64,000 nucleotides of DNA from an uncultured Bdellovibrionales bacterium (GTDB lineage Bacteria; Patescibacteriota; Minisyncoccia; Moranbacterales; UBA1568): the NCBI GenBank assembly GCA_964436855.1, contig CAYTED010000001.1, positions 21-64,020 on the forward strand, read 5' to 3'. Made by a program: the position numbers and the translations under genes. Shown here piece after piece: positions 1 to 8,642 of this stretch. Each line of letters starts with the position of its first letter. Position 1 is the first letter of the stretch. The notes under the pieces are model-generated. The model saw nothing but the letters and a program-made list of their open reading frames with translations, was not told where the DNA came from and made no database searches.

Positions 1-35
1 GACACAGAGTGTCCTAATTCAGAACGGAATGAATG
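1..35 (+). repeat. 35-bp leader element, exact copy (inverted) of 37445..37479; truncated by window edge
   Basis: GACACAGAGTGTCCTAATTCAGAACGGAATGAATG is the exact reverse complement of 37445..37479; both copies lie upstream of orphan genes in sense orientation. Confidence 0.9.
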
Positions 36-80
36 ATACCACAATAAAGCCGTTTAACAACCCAAGCCAAGGAGATCATA

Positions 81-719
81 ATGATCCGAATCGCATTCTT
101 TACCGTCCTGGTATTCTTGAGCCAGGCAGGCCAGCAAGCAATGGCCGGGGATTTCGAATTTTCTGGCTTTATCGCGGCCAAGTCCCGATATGTATTCGGG
201 AATGCCGTCGTGGCAAACGAAAAGCCCGTCATCCAGGGCGACATCTTCGTCGCCCACAAGAAATCATGCCTGCACTTCGACCTCTGGGCATCAAAAGGCC
301 TCAGGCAAAAGAAAGGCGATGAGGTCGACTACACGACTGGCTGCTCCGGAAGTCTCGGGGGGATCGACTTCAAGGCTGACCTTGCCTACTACGACTTCAT
401 CGGGAGTAGAGATGACATTCTCACTCCCATCATCGAGCTCTACCCACGCCAAGGCTGGGTAATCGGCGGGCAACACCTCCGATTAACCCAAACAAAAGCA
501 ACCGGCAAGCAACTCTATGTCGGTTATGAAAACCCCAAGTGGGGGACGAGAATCATCTACACCGACTTTTTCGGCCGAGTAACCGTGCTTAAGGCATGGT
601 ACAACTGGCCGATCGGGAAGGATGTGACGCTCTCCCTGACAGGATTCGGCGTTCTCTCCGATCCGGACAAAACCGGAAAGGAAAACCAGGTAGTGCTCGG
701 CATTCAGTACAATTTCTGA
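81..719 (+). CDS. Secreted beta-strand-rich protein, TorF/TIGR02001-like putative porin
   Basis: Signal peptide ending AMA; SRYVFGN..PVIQGD, EVDYTTG, DLAYYDF segments; C-terminal GIQYNF; SD AAGGAG. Confidence 0.5.
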   Translation: MIRIAFFTVLVFLSQAGQQAMAGDFEFSGFIAAKSRYVFGNAVVANEKPVIQGDIFVAHKKSCLHFDLWASKGLRQKKGDEVDYTTGCSGSLGGIDFKADLAYYDFIGSRDDILTPIIELYPRQGWVIGGQHLRLTQTKATGKQLYVGYENPKWGTRIIYTDFFGRVTVLKAWYNWPIGKDVTLSLTGFGVLSDPDKTGKENQVVLGIQYNF

Positions 720-737
720 CATGTCAGCACTTCTCAC

Positions 738-768
738 GCAGTCACACACGTGTGGCTGCTTTTTTTTT
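738..768 (+). terminator. Intrinsic terminator
   Basis: GCAGTCACA-cacg-TGTGGCTGC hairpin followed by a T9 tract. Confidence 0.75.
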
Positions 769-928
769 ACCAAATATCCTCATACAAAAAACTTCGGAAG
801 AAAACACTCCGAAGCCTTTTGTACGACGAACGTAACAGGGGAGAAGAAAAGGATCTCCGAAAAAATATCTTTCCATCTCGACAAAAACTCCTGCGCGGTT
901 GTCGAAAAGAATATTCAAAAAAATTCAA

Positions 929-1567
929 CTACTCGATCTCTCGAATCATCTCCTCCTTTGGAAATCGAACTTTCGCAAACGATGCATTCTGATCTTCAGA
1001 AGATCGATACCCGACCGGAAGCAAGACAACCGAAGAAAGACCCAAGGAGTCAAGCGAAAGAATTTCATCGAATTTTTTCGAATCAAATCCCTCCATAGGG
1101 CAAGCATCAATTTCATGCATCGCAGCAGCCATCATGGCATTCCCCAAAACGATATACGCCTGACGTGCCGCCCAATCAGCAAGCGCCTCCGGTGTTCGCC
1201 CGGCAACAAAACCCTTCATCATTCCGATATACTCTTCGATCATCGATCGATCGATACCGCGAGTTTTGATCAAATCATCGACATATTCATCCACAAATGA
1301 ATCGTCGATATTTTTCTTCACGGCAAACACGATCAGATGTGACGCATCGACAACCTGTGGCTGGTTCCAAGAATGCTCCTGAAGCTTCTGTCGAATTTCC
1401 GGATTGGTTACGACGATTGCTCGCCACGGCTGCAAACCAAACGACGTCGGCGTCAATCGCATCGCATCGAGCAATACACGCATATCATCGTCACTCACTT
1501 TCTTTGACGGATCAAACTTCTTGGTGGCATATCGCCACGCAAGTGCATCGAGAAGACTTTTCTGCAT
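929..1567 (-). CDS. NAD(P)H-dependent nitroreductase (NfsB-like)
   Basis: WRYATKKFD, PTSFGLQPW, DACPMEGFD and final KVR motifs. Confidence 0.92.
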   Translation of the reverse strand: MQKSLLDALAWRYATKKFDPSKKVSDDDMRVLLDAMRLTPTSFGLQPWRAIVVTNPEIRQKLQEHSWNQPQVVDASHLIVFAVKKNIDDSFVDEYVDDLIKTRGIDRSMIEEYIGMMKGFVAGRTPEALADWAARQAYIVLGNAMMAAAMHEIDACPMEGFDSKKFDEILSLDSLGLSSVVLLPVGYRSSEDQNASFAKVRFPKEEMIREIE

Positions 1568-1610
1568 ACAAAAATTTTTATATGATTACAGAAGCTATTA
1601 TAGTGCACTT

Positions 1611-1629
1611 TACTTTATTTTGTAAAGTA
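1611..1629. promoter_or_regulatory. Candidate operator for the HxlR-family regulator
   Basis: TACTTTA-N5-TAAAGTA palindrome in the divergent intergenic region. Confidence 0.55.
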
Positions 1630-1656
1630 TTATACTGTATTTAAGAAAGAAATGCT

Positions 1657-1968
1657 ATGAATAAAGCAGAAAAAGAAGGCTGCTGCCCTATAGCCAAGGC
1701 ACTCGAAATCCTCGGTGGGAAGCATACATTTCTCATCATGAGAGATCTTTTGGCTGGCCCCAAACGATACGGAGAACTTCACGCTTCGATAGGGGACATC
1801 AGCACCAAAACGCTCTCCGAACGACTTGTTTTTCTTGAAGAAGAAAAAGTTATCACCAAAAAAACTTTTCAGGAAATGCCACCGCACGTAGAATACACCC
1901 TCACAAAAAAAGGCCGTGCTCTCGGACCTATCCTTGATGACCTTCGAAAGTGGGGGGCTTCTGTCTGA
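1657..1968 (+). CDS. HxlR/DUF24-family winged-helix regulator
   Basis: CCPIAKALEILGGK, GPKRYGEL, ISTKTLSERL, PPHVEYTLT motifs. Confidence 0.93.
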   Translation: MNKAEKEGCCPIAKALEILGGKHTFLIMRDLLAGPKRYGELHASIGDISTKTLSERLVFLEEEKVITKKTFQEMPPHVEYTLTKKGRALGPILDDLRKWGASV

Positions 1969-2004
1969 TCTTATATATAATCCCGGACAAAAGCTCCGGC
2001 AACA

Positions 2005-3180
2005 CTAGAGAACCTCACCCTCACCGAGCACCCCTTCCTCTTCTCCGTAATTTCCTTTTTTGACAGAGAGAGAAGTTGTTTCCTTATCGAGCCGCTTTCC
2101 TTCTTCTTCGATTTTTTTCCGAAGAGCGAGGGGAATTTCTCCCAATTTTTTTCGAAGCAACGTGCCATCCAACTTTTGCACGGAATTCCATTCATTGATC
2201 GGCTCAAGGACTGATCGAACAATCTCCTCGTCGTACTTGTATGTTTTTCGAATGGATTTACTGATCACACCCGCTTCGCCAAAAACCCGATCCACGCCTT
2301 CTTGTTCCATATAGCCAAAGAGTGTGTCCTGAAGCTCAGCAAGTTTTTTCTTCTGTATCGCGAGATCATTTTTAATCCCAATATATTCCGTGACAGACTG
2401 CTTTACTTCTTCTGTTTCAAATTTCCGCGTCTCTGCAAATTTATGCCTCCAGAGAGGACACATTTTTTGATACCCGCACCAATCACAAAGCGGCGAAAGT
2501 GTCGGTTCAAATTTTTCTTCCTGAATATCCCGTATCACTCGCAACACTTTTTCATCGAGCCGCTTGAGATCTTCTTCTGTCCGATTTGAAGAAAGCTTCA
2601 CACCGTGTTTCAAGAAATACAGACTCACGGTAATATGCTCGAGATTTTTTCGCTCATTGGGATAGCGTTCAAGGAAAGCACGAAGATAAACAGTCAGCTG
2701 CAAATCCTCATCCACCTTTGACTGGGGTGGCATTTTTTTGGTCGTTTTGTAGTCGATAATTTCATATCCCTCGTCTGTCTTGTCAATTCGATCGATCGAT
2801 CCGGCAATGATATGTCGTCCAATCTTATCGTCTCCAATCTCCATCTGAAAACGACTCTCCAAATCAACAACATTTGCAGTCGTAATATCATTGGCATCAT
2901 AGTATCGACGAATCATTTCGACACCCTGAGAAAAGGCTGATCGTTCCTCAAGGGGGGAATCAAAGACATCCTCTCGCCATCCACGAGAAAAATGATCAAT
3001 CGCTTGCTCAAAGGTCGGCTGTAAAATCGCAGGCGTATGAATAAACTTCATGGTCGAATGAATCAGCGTTCCAAAGAGCGCTTCCTTTGACTTTGGCTCT
3101 GAAATTTTGTCGATCTCTCGATACTTGTACTTGAGCGAACAACTCTCGTACGTATCAATAGCAGAATAAGAAAGTCGCAT
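2005..3180 (-). CDS. PD-(D/E)XK nuclease (Cas4/AddB-like, probable 4Fe-4S) with C-terminal extension
   Basis: LSYSAIDTYESC, GTLIH, GSIDRID..IIDYKT, QLTVY, CDWCGYQKMCP. Confidence 0.88.
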   Translation of the reverse strand: MRLSYSAIDTYESCSLKYKYREIDKISEPKSKEALFGTLIHSTMKFIHTPAILQPTFEQAIDHFSRGWREDVFDSPLEERSAFSQGVEMIRRYYDANDITTANVVDLESRFQMEIGDDKIGRHIIAGSIDRIDKTDEGYEIIDYKTTKKMPPQSKVDEDLQLTVYLRAFLERYPNERKNLEHITVSLYFLKHGVKLSSNRTEEDLKRLDEKVLRVIRDIQEEKFEPTLSPLCDWCGYQKMCPLWRHKFAETRKFETEEVKQSVTEYIGIKNDLAIQKKKLAELQDTLFGYMEQEGVDRVFGEAGVISKSIRKTYKYDEEIVRSVLEPINEWNSVQKLDGTLLRKKLGEIPLALRKKIEEEGKRLDKETTSLSVKKGNYGEEEGVLGEGEVL

Positions 3181-3392
3181 AATTTTTTGAGAAAAAAGAG
3201 GGGACTACTTCAAAGATCGGAGAGTGATCCAGACTTGCATTGTAACAAAAAAGTGGCTTTTTTAATAATCAAAAATTATGGATGACCGACATACTTCTGG
3301 AAAGAATTTTCTCCAAGAAAGGGGGAAGGAAAGCCTAAAGAACAAGGATTTCAAGGAATATAATCATCAACAAAGCATCTCCTTTCCCTCTC

Positions 3393-3432
3393 TATATTAT
3401 GTCGCATAATGTAACTTATGCGACATAATATA
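3393..3432. other. Perfect 17-bp inverted repeat with 6-bp spacer; dif-like recombination site candidate
   Basis: TATATTATGTCGCATAA-TGTAAC-TTATGCGACATAATATA; 11-6-11 core resembles dif (GGTGCGCATAA-TGTATA-TTATGTTAAAT). Confidence 0.6.
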
Positions 3433-3746
3433 TTATTGAAAAGAGCTTGTAAAAGACCTTTGAAGAAAAAGTGTTCTGTATTCCCCTATTTTGTTTTTCA
3501 AAAAAATACAACGCAAGAGAATACATTTTCCGAAGTTCTTTTTTCTGAAATGGTATCTCATATACCCCTCTCTTCCCTCATATCACTCCGACCTCTCTTC
3601 TCTTCTTTTTTGAAAACAAAAAATCCCATAATCCGCGGCCGCGAGTTATAGGATAGTTCCACGAAAACAGAAAGCAAAAATCCCCCATTTTTCGTTGAAA
3701 TTATCGGGGGAGTTCTCTCGAAAAAAAGCGTCCGTCTAGTGTCCGC

Positions 3747-4379
3747 CTATACGGTTGCATTGTCAGTGCACGATCTTCGAGAAAAAAACTGTGCGACAAA
3801 AACTCTCGCTCTCTCTCCTAAAGTCGGAGTAAATTCGTGGCGCATATGAGGAAGGGACACTTCGAGCATCTTTTTCAGGTACACGATCGCAACTTCAAGA
3901 TACAGCCCTGACATAGCATGGGTTTCGATAATATTCGTATTCTTTCCTTGCGAAAGATCTCCATGTCGAAATTTCTCGAGTATGCCTTCCAGCACATCGA
4001 TAATCTGATCGTAGCGCATCTCGAAAATATCCCAACCAAAAGAAAGTGGATGACCAAGTCGATCGATCATCACTACTCCAAATGGCAATCGAGACTCACC
4101 TTTTTCATCAAAAAGGGAAAGCCTTTCCGCAGCTTGAAATGATCGACAGAGATAGAAATGAGCTGACTCAGAATACCTCACAAGGCGCGGCCGATGCTTC
4201 TTGAAATCATCAACGATGTCCTTCTCAAGACAAGCGATCATGCCTAAAAGAATATTCAGAAACCCATCTCGGTTCATCAGGGCGATTCTCCGGCCAAGCT
4301 CTCGATTGGAGAAAAAGTACAACGCACCCGGAACCTTGACCGGATGGAAGCGCAGACGATCCTGTTGTAAAGAAACCAT
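3747..4379 (-). CDS. Hypothetical protein
   Basis: Long ORF; ATG at 4379 preceded by SD AAAGGAG; no recognisable motif. Confidence 0.6.
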   Translation of the reverse strand: MVSLQQDRLRFHPVKVPGALYFFSNRELGRRIALMNRDGFLNILLGMIACLEKDIVDDFKKHRPRLVRYSESAHFYLCRSFQAAERLSLFDEKGESRLPFGVVMIDRLGHPLSFGWDIFEMRYDQIIDVLEGILEKFRHGDLSQGKNTNIIETHAMSGLYLEVAIVYLKKMLEVSLPHMRHEFTPTLGERARVFVAQFFSRRSCTDNATV

Positions 4380-4538
4380 GCGACATTCTCCTTTTACAAA
4401 TTGAGGAAATGACGACAAACAATAGACACAGTAAAGCCTATTTCCAAAAAAGAGTCAAAAAAAATTAATTATATGAGAAAATAATAATACAAAAAAATAA
4501 GGGATGGAAAAATCCCGAAAAAACTTTTCGAAGAGGAC

Positions 4539-5813
4539 TTACGGTAGATAATTCTTCGGATTGACGGTCGCGCCAATTGGAATATCTTTCAAACTTGGAA
4601 CAATCTTGGACGGAACCACCTCAAACGACTTTGCAGAAAAAACAGTGAAGTGGAGATGCGGACCGGTCGAATTTCCGGTATTGCCGGATTTTGCAATAAC
4701 ATCTCCTTGCTTTACCTTATCGCCTCGTGATTTTTTTACGACACTCAAATGACCATACATCGTAACAATACCATTACCATGATCAATCGCCATCCAGCGA
4801 CCGTACGCATACCGACCATTATTACCGGTTGCTACCACTTTCCCATCCTCCGCCGCCAAAACATCACTTCCAACCGGCATCCCAAAATCAAGTCCATTAT
4901 GAAATCCGCTCTTGTATCGACCGGAACTCACTGCAAAAGATGTTTTTCCATATCCCTGTGTCAGAACTACTTTCTTTACCGGATACTCAAGAAGGCCTTT
5001 TTGAAAAGCAGGCATATCCTTCAAATTCAGCTCGCCAACTTTTCCGGATTCAAGATCTTCGATTTCACTTTCGATTTCTTCGCGTTCTTCTTCGAGCTTA
5101 TCAATCAGTTTGTCATACTTCTGCTCTTCGGCTTTTGTTTTTTCGAGCAATTGCGCCTTATTTTCCTTTGAACTCTCCAGATACTCGTTCCTATCGGCAA
5201 GTTGCAGTCGGAGTGTATCCGCTTCAATTTTCTTTTCCTTTATCACGTCATACTCCGCCACGACGGACTTTTTCAGCGACTCAAGATCGTCGATCGCCAT
5301 CTCGATCCGCTCACTCGTCTGATTCGCCGCCTCCGCGGTCGAAAGAAAAAGACTCACCTCCCCCGCCGAAAGGAAAAAGGGGAGTTCTTCTTCGAGACTG
5401 CCAACGGAATAGGAACGAAACAAGTCAAGGAGAATGTTTTTCCGTTCGCGAATCACCGCCTCTTTTTCGGCAATACGCGTTTCGAGTACTGTCATTTCCG
5501 ATTCAAGAGATGTAAGCTTCGATTCGTTTTCAGCGATATCTTGTTCAAGTTGTTTCGCCTGCGCTTCGAGTGTTGTAATTTGTACGGAAAGATTCAGACG
5601 TTGTCGCTCTTTAATATCGGAAATTTTCTGGTACGCGTTGATCTTGTCAATAATCTCCTGTAGTTGATCCTGCTTTTTCTCGAGGTCATTTGCGGCAAAA
5701 ACACGCTCCGAAATCATTGAGAGACACGGAAAAGAAAAGGCTAGAACAAGAGCGATAACGCCAAAAAAATGCAGAAAATGTTTTTCGTTTTTCTGTTCTT
5801 TTTTCATAGACAT
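4539..5813 (-). CDS. Coiled-coil M23 family peptidoglycan endopeptidase
   Basis: N-terminal signal/TM, long coiled coil, HNGLDF, YGHL, STGPHLHF zinc motifs. Confidence 0.92.
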   Translation of the reverse strand: MSMKKEQKNEKHFLHFFGVIALVLAFSFPCLSMISERVFAANDLEKKQDQLQEIIDKINAYQKISDIKERQRLNLSVQITTLEAQAKQLEQDIAENESKLTSLESEMTVLETRIAEKEAVIRERKNILLDLFRSYSVGSLEEELPFFLSAGEVSLFLSTAEAANQTSERIEMAIDDLESLKKSVVAEYDVIKEKKIEADTLRLQLADRNEYLESSKENKAQLLEKTKAEEQKYDKLIDKLEEEREEIESEIEDLESGKVGELNLKDMPAFQKGLLEYPVKKVVLTQGYGKTSFAVSSGRYKSGFHNGLDFGMPVGSDVLAAEDGKVVATGNNGRYAYGRWMAIDHGNGIVTMYGHLSVVKKSRGDKVKQGDVIAKSGNTGNSTGPHLHFTVFSAKSFEVVPSKIVPSLKDIPIGATVNPKNYLP

Positions 5814-5859
5814 ATTGTATCATATTTTTATTTATGGCTTATATTAGCAATTTTTATAG

Positions 5860-5888
5860 TTGACTGGGAAAGGATTTTGATATATAAT
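5860..5888 (+). promoter_or_regulatory. sigma70-type promoter
   Basis: TTGACT-17 bp-TATAAT upstream of the 5923 ORF. Confidence 0.7.
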
Positions 5889-5922
5889 AAAAAATTGTAC
5901 TTTTCAAGAAGGGTGGTAAACT

Positions 5923-6303
5923 GTGTCGAATTTCCATCAGATGATCGCGAATATCGCCGGCTTGACGCTTGTATTGATGTTTTTGTGTCTTTTCTTCGGT
6001 GATGCCGGTGAGAAGACAAGCGGAAAACGTCAACCAGCCATCAGTATGGCGCGATGGCTTTTCGGAAAAATGTTTCCGAGCAGATTTCCGCATCATTTCT
6101 CACCGACGAGTTATGATGTCGGTCGCTGGTCGGGATACGTCGCGCTGTTCTGTATCGTCAGCCTGACCGCCATTCGTTATTTCAAAATGAACGAGTGGTG
6201 GGCAATGGGTATCGCAACCCTCGCCGTCATTGGTGTCGCTGCGATTCGGCACGCGATCCGTGTCCTCGTCATATGGATACGGATTATCCGAAGAAAAAAA
6301 TAA
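5923..6303 (+). CDS. Hypothetical membrane protein (about 3 TM)
   Basis: Hydrophobic segments; own promoter, SD-like AAGGGTGGT and terminator. Confidence 0.65.
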   Translation: MSNFHQMIANIAGLTLVLMFLCLFFGDAGEKTSGKRQPAISMARWLFGKMFPSRFPHHFSPTSYDVGRWSGYVALFCIVSLTAIRYFKMNEWWAMGIATLAVIGVAAIRHAIRVLVIWIRIIRRKK

Positions 6304-6321
6304 GCGCCGAGAAGATATAGC

Positions 6322-6350
6322 AAAAGCCCCGGGAACCCCGAGGCTTTTTT
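6322..6350. terminator. Bidirectional intrinsic terminator
   Basis: AAAAGCC..GGCTTTTTT hairpin between convergent genes. Confidence 0.75.
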
Positions 6351-6366
6351 CTTTCTTTGAAATTTT

Positions 6367-7875
6367 TTACGAGAGCAGTGTGATCGCCTGATCAACCCGC
6401 TTCAGACTCTCGTCGCGGCCAAGCACCCACGCACAATCAAACGGGGATGGCGATTTGTCCGCGCCAGTAAGAGCAAATCGAAGCGGCCACAAAAAATCAC
6501 CACGCTTCTCCCCCGCCGCGTCCATCAATACTTTTTCCAAAACACTTTTCTCCGCCCATTCCTCATCCGAAAGTGCTGAAAGAATATCTCGCGCACGAGT
6601 AAGCGACACCTTCGTCATCTCCGCCGTATTTTCTTTCCAATTGAGTTTCTTCGGATCATACACCGGATCGGTCGCAAAGAAAAAAAGATTCTGTTCGCCG
6701 ACATCGGAGAGTTTTGCAAGTCGTTCTCGCTCGATCATAAGCACTCGCTTAAGATACTCTTCTGTCTGCATCTCCCCTGGCGCATTCCGAATGAGATCTT
6801 TTTCCAAAAACTTTCCGTCACGCATTTTTTCATACAGTTCGTCTACCGAAAGTTTCTTGATATACTCCGCATTCATCCAATCAAGTTTCTTCAAATCAAA
6901 AACTGCTCCCGCTTTATTTACTTGTGAGAGATCAAATCGCTCGATCAATTCTTCCAAAGAAAAAATTTCCCGTGTCTCCCCCTTTCCGGGATTCCACCCG
7001 AGAAGCGCGACAAAATTCAGAAGCGCTTCCTTGAGATACCCTTTTGCGAGATAGTCTTCCACTGCGACATCCCCCTGACGCTTGGAGAGCTTCGATCTGT
7101 CGGCATTGAGGAGAAGTGGCAAGTGAGCAAATTCCGGAATATCCCATCCAAACGATTCATACAAAAGAACATGCTTTGGCGTAGAAGAGAGCCATTCTTC
7201 TCCACGAATAATATGCGTTATTTGCATGAGATGATCATCAACAACGACTGCTAAGTGATAGGTTGGAAACCCATCCGATTTTAAAAGTACCTGATCATCG
7301 ACATCACGCGTATGAAATTTCACCGTCCCGCGCACGAGATCGGTGAAACAAATTTCTCGATCATCAGGAACCGCCATTCGAACCACAAAAGACTCTCCTT
7401 GCTCAAGACGCGCCTTCACTTCATCTTCTGAAAGAGAACGGCAGTGTCGATCATATTTCGGCGCTCGCTTTACTTTCATTTGTTCTGCTCGAACAGACTC
7501 CAATCGTTCAGGCGTACAAAAACAATGATACGCTTTTTTCTTTGCAAGCAATTCATCGACGTATTTCTGATATATACAGAGTCGTTGCGACTGCGTATAC
7601 GGACCATATTCGCCCTTTTCCACTACGGCGCCATTTTTAAACAATACGCCCTCATCCGGCTGAAGACCAAGCATCGCAAGCATCCGCGCAAGATTTTCTA
7701 CCGCACCATCCACAAAACGTTTCTGGTCGGTATCCTCGATACGCAGCACAAATGCTCCATGAAATTTTTTTGCAAGCAAAAAATCCGTGAGTGCCATGCG
7801 CAAGCTTCCAACATGCATAAACCCCGTCGGCGACGGCGCAAATCGGACACGCATTGTCTGTTTCCGCTCTTCCAT
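6367..7875 (-). CDS. gltX: Glutamate--tRNA ligase
   Basis: RVRFAPSPTGFMHVG, LRIEDTD, RGEEWL, KLSKR. Confidence 0.97.
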   Translation of the reverse strand: MEERKQTMRVRFAPSPTGFMHVGSLRMALTDFLLAKKFHGAFVLRIEDTDQKRFVDGAVENLARMLAMLGLQPDEGVLFKNGAVVEKGEYGPYTQSQRLCIYQKYVDELLAKKKAYHCFCTPERLESVRAEQMKVKRAPKYDRHCRSLSEDEVKARLEQGESFVVRMAVPDDREICFTDLVRGTVKFHTRDVDDQVLLKSDGFPTYHLAVVVDDHLMQITHIIRGEEWLSSTPKHVLLYESFGWDIPEFAHLPLLLNADRSKLSKRQGDVAVEDYLAKGYLKEALLNFVALLGWNPGKGETREIFSLEELIERFDLSQVNKAGAVFDLKKLDWMNAEYIKKLSVDELYEKMRDGKFLEKDLIRNAPGEMQTEEYLKRVLMIERERLAKLSDVGEQNLFFFATDPVYDPKKLNWKENTAEMTKVSLTRARDILSALSDEEWAEKSVLEKVLMDAAGEKRGDFLWPLRFALTGADKSPSPFDCAWVLGRDESLKRVDQAITLLS

Positions 7876-7897
7876 ATCCAAATCTTTTTCCGAAAAA

Positions 7898-8641
7898 TTA
7901 TGGCTTCAGTATGGCATTTTTTAGAACTTTGAACAAGAAAATAAGTGTGGCATCAAAAATTCTCCCCATTCTTTTTGGTTGCAGCGTAAGTCGCCACAGC
8001 CATTCGAGGCCGATCATTCGCAACCATTTCGGAGCGCGTTTTTGTTTCCCGGTCAGATAATCAAATGCGCCACCAATGCCCATCGAAAGTCGCACCTCTC
8101 CCGGATTCGCCCGCAATGATTCGAGAAAATATTCCTGCTCCGGGGCACCGAAATTACAAAAAATGATATTAGATTTATGATTTACGATTTTGGAATAAGA
8201 ATCTTTATCCGAAGAATCCATAAATCTTAAATCATCAATCATAAATCCCTGACCCACTATGGCAAGATTTGGATACTTTTTTAAAACAATCGATTCCACC
8301 TCCTCATACGAACTCAATCCATCCTTTCGCACCGCAAGATATACCGAAAGATGTCGCTCGTTCGCGATACGCAATATCTCTTTCATTAAATCCGCCCCGG
8401 GAAACCGCTCGATTTTTTTCCCCTGCAACCACCCCGCAAGAACGATACCGAATCCGTCCGCGATCCGAAGATCCGCCGCCCGAAGATTCTCCCGAAACGC
8501 ATCGTCTTTCTCCGCACGAAGCAAAAACTCCGGATTCACCGTCGCAATACGATGAAACTTTTTTTCATCAAGAAACTTCCCCACATATTCGATGAGGGAG
8601 TTTCGGGACAATGTATCAATGGGAATACCAAACAACTCCAT
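7898..8641 (-). CDS. WecB/TagA/CpsF family glycosyltransferase
   Basis: TVNPE, ADGFG, GAPEQE, GGAFD, RAP..GLEWLWRL; contains an in-frame heptamer insert. Confidence 0.9.
   Translation of the reverse strand: MELFGIPIDTLSRNSLIEYVGKFLDEKKFHRIATVNPEFLLRAEKDDAFRENLRAADLRIADGFGIVLAGWLQGKKIERFPGADLMKEILRIANERHLSVYLAVRKDGLSSYEEVESIVLKKYPNLAIVGQGFMIDDLRFMDSSDKDSYSKIVNHKSNIIFCNFGAPEQEYFLESLRANPGEVRLSMGIGGAFDYLTGKQKRAPKWLRMIGLEWLWRLTLQPKRMGRIFDATLIFLFKVLKNAILKP
8171..8247. repeat. Inverted 7-nt tandem repeat arrays inside the tagA-like CDS
   Basis: AGATTTA TGATTTA CGATTTT ... ATAAATC TTAAATC ATCAATC ATAAATC. Confidence 0.7.
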
Positions 8642-8642
8642 A

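Noticed and set aside
2005-3746. CRISPR-Cas locus suggested by the Cas4-like gene and adjacent AT-rich region
   Set aside because: No repeat-spacer array and no other cas genes; only a single palindrome is present.
3181-3746. Replication origin
   Set aside because: No clustered DnaA boxes (TTATCCACA) seen and no dnaA/dnaN nearby; the palindrome fits dif better.
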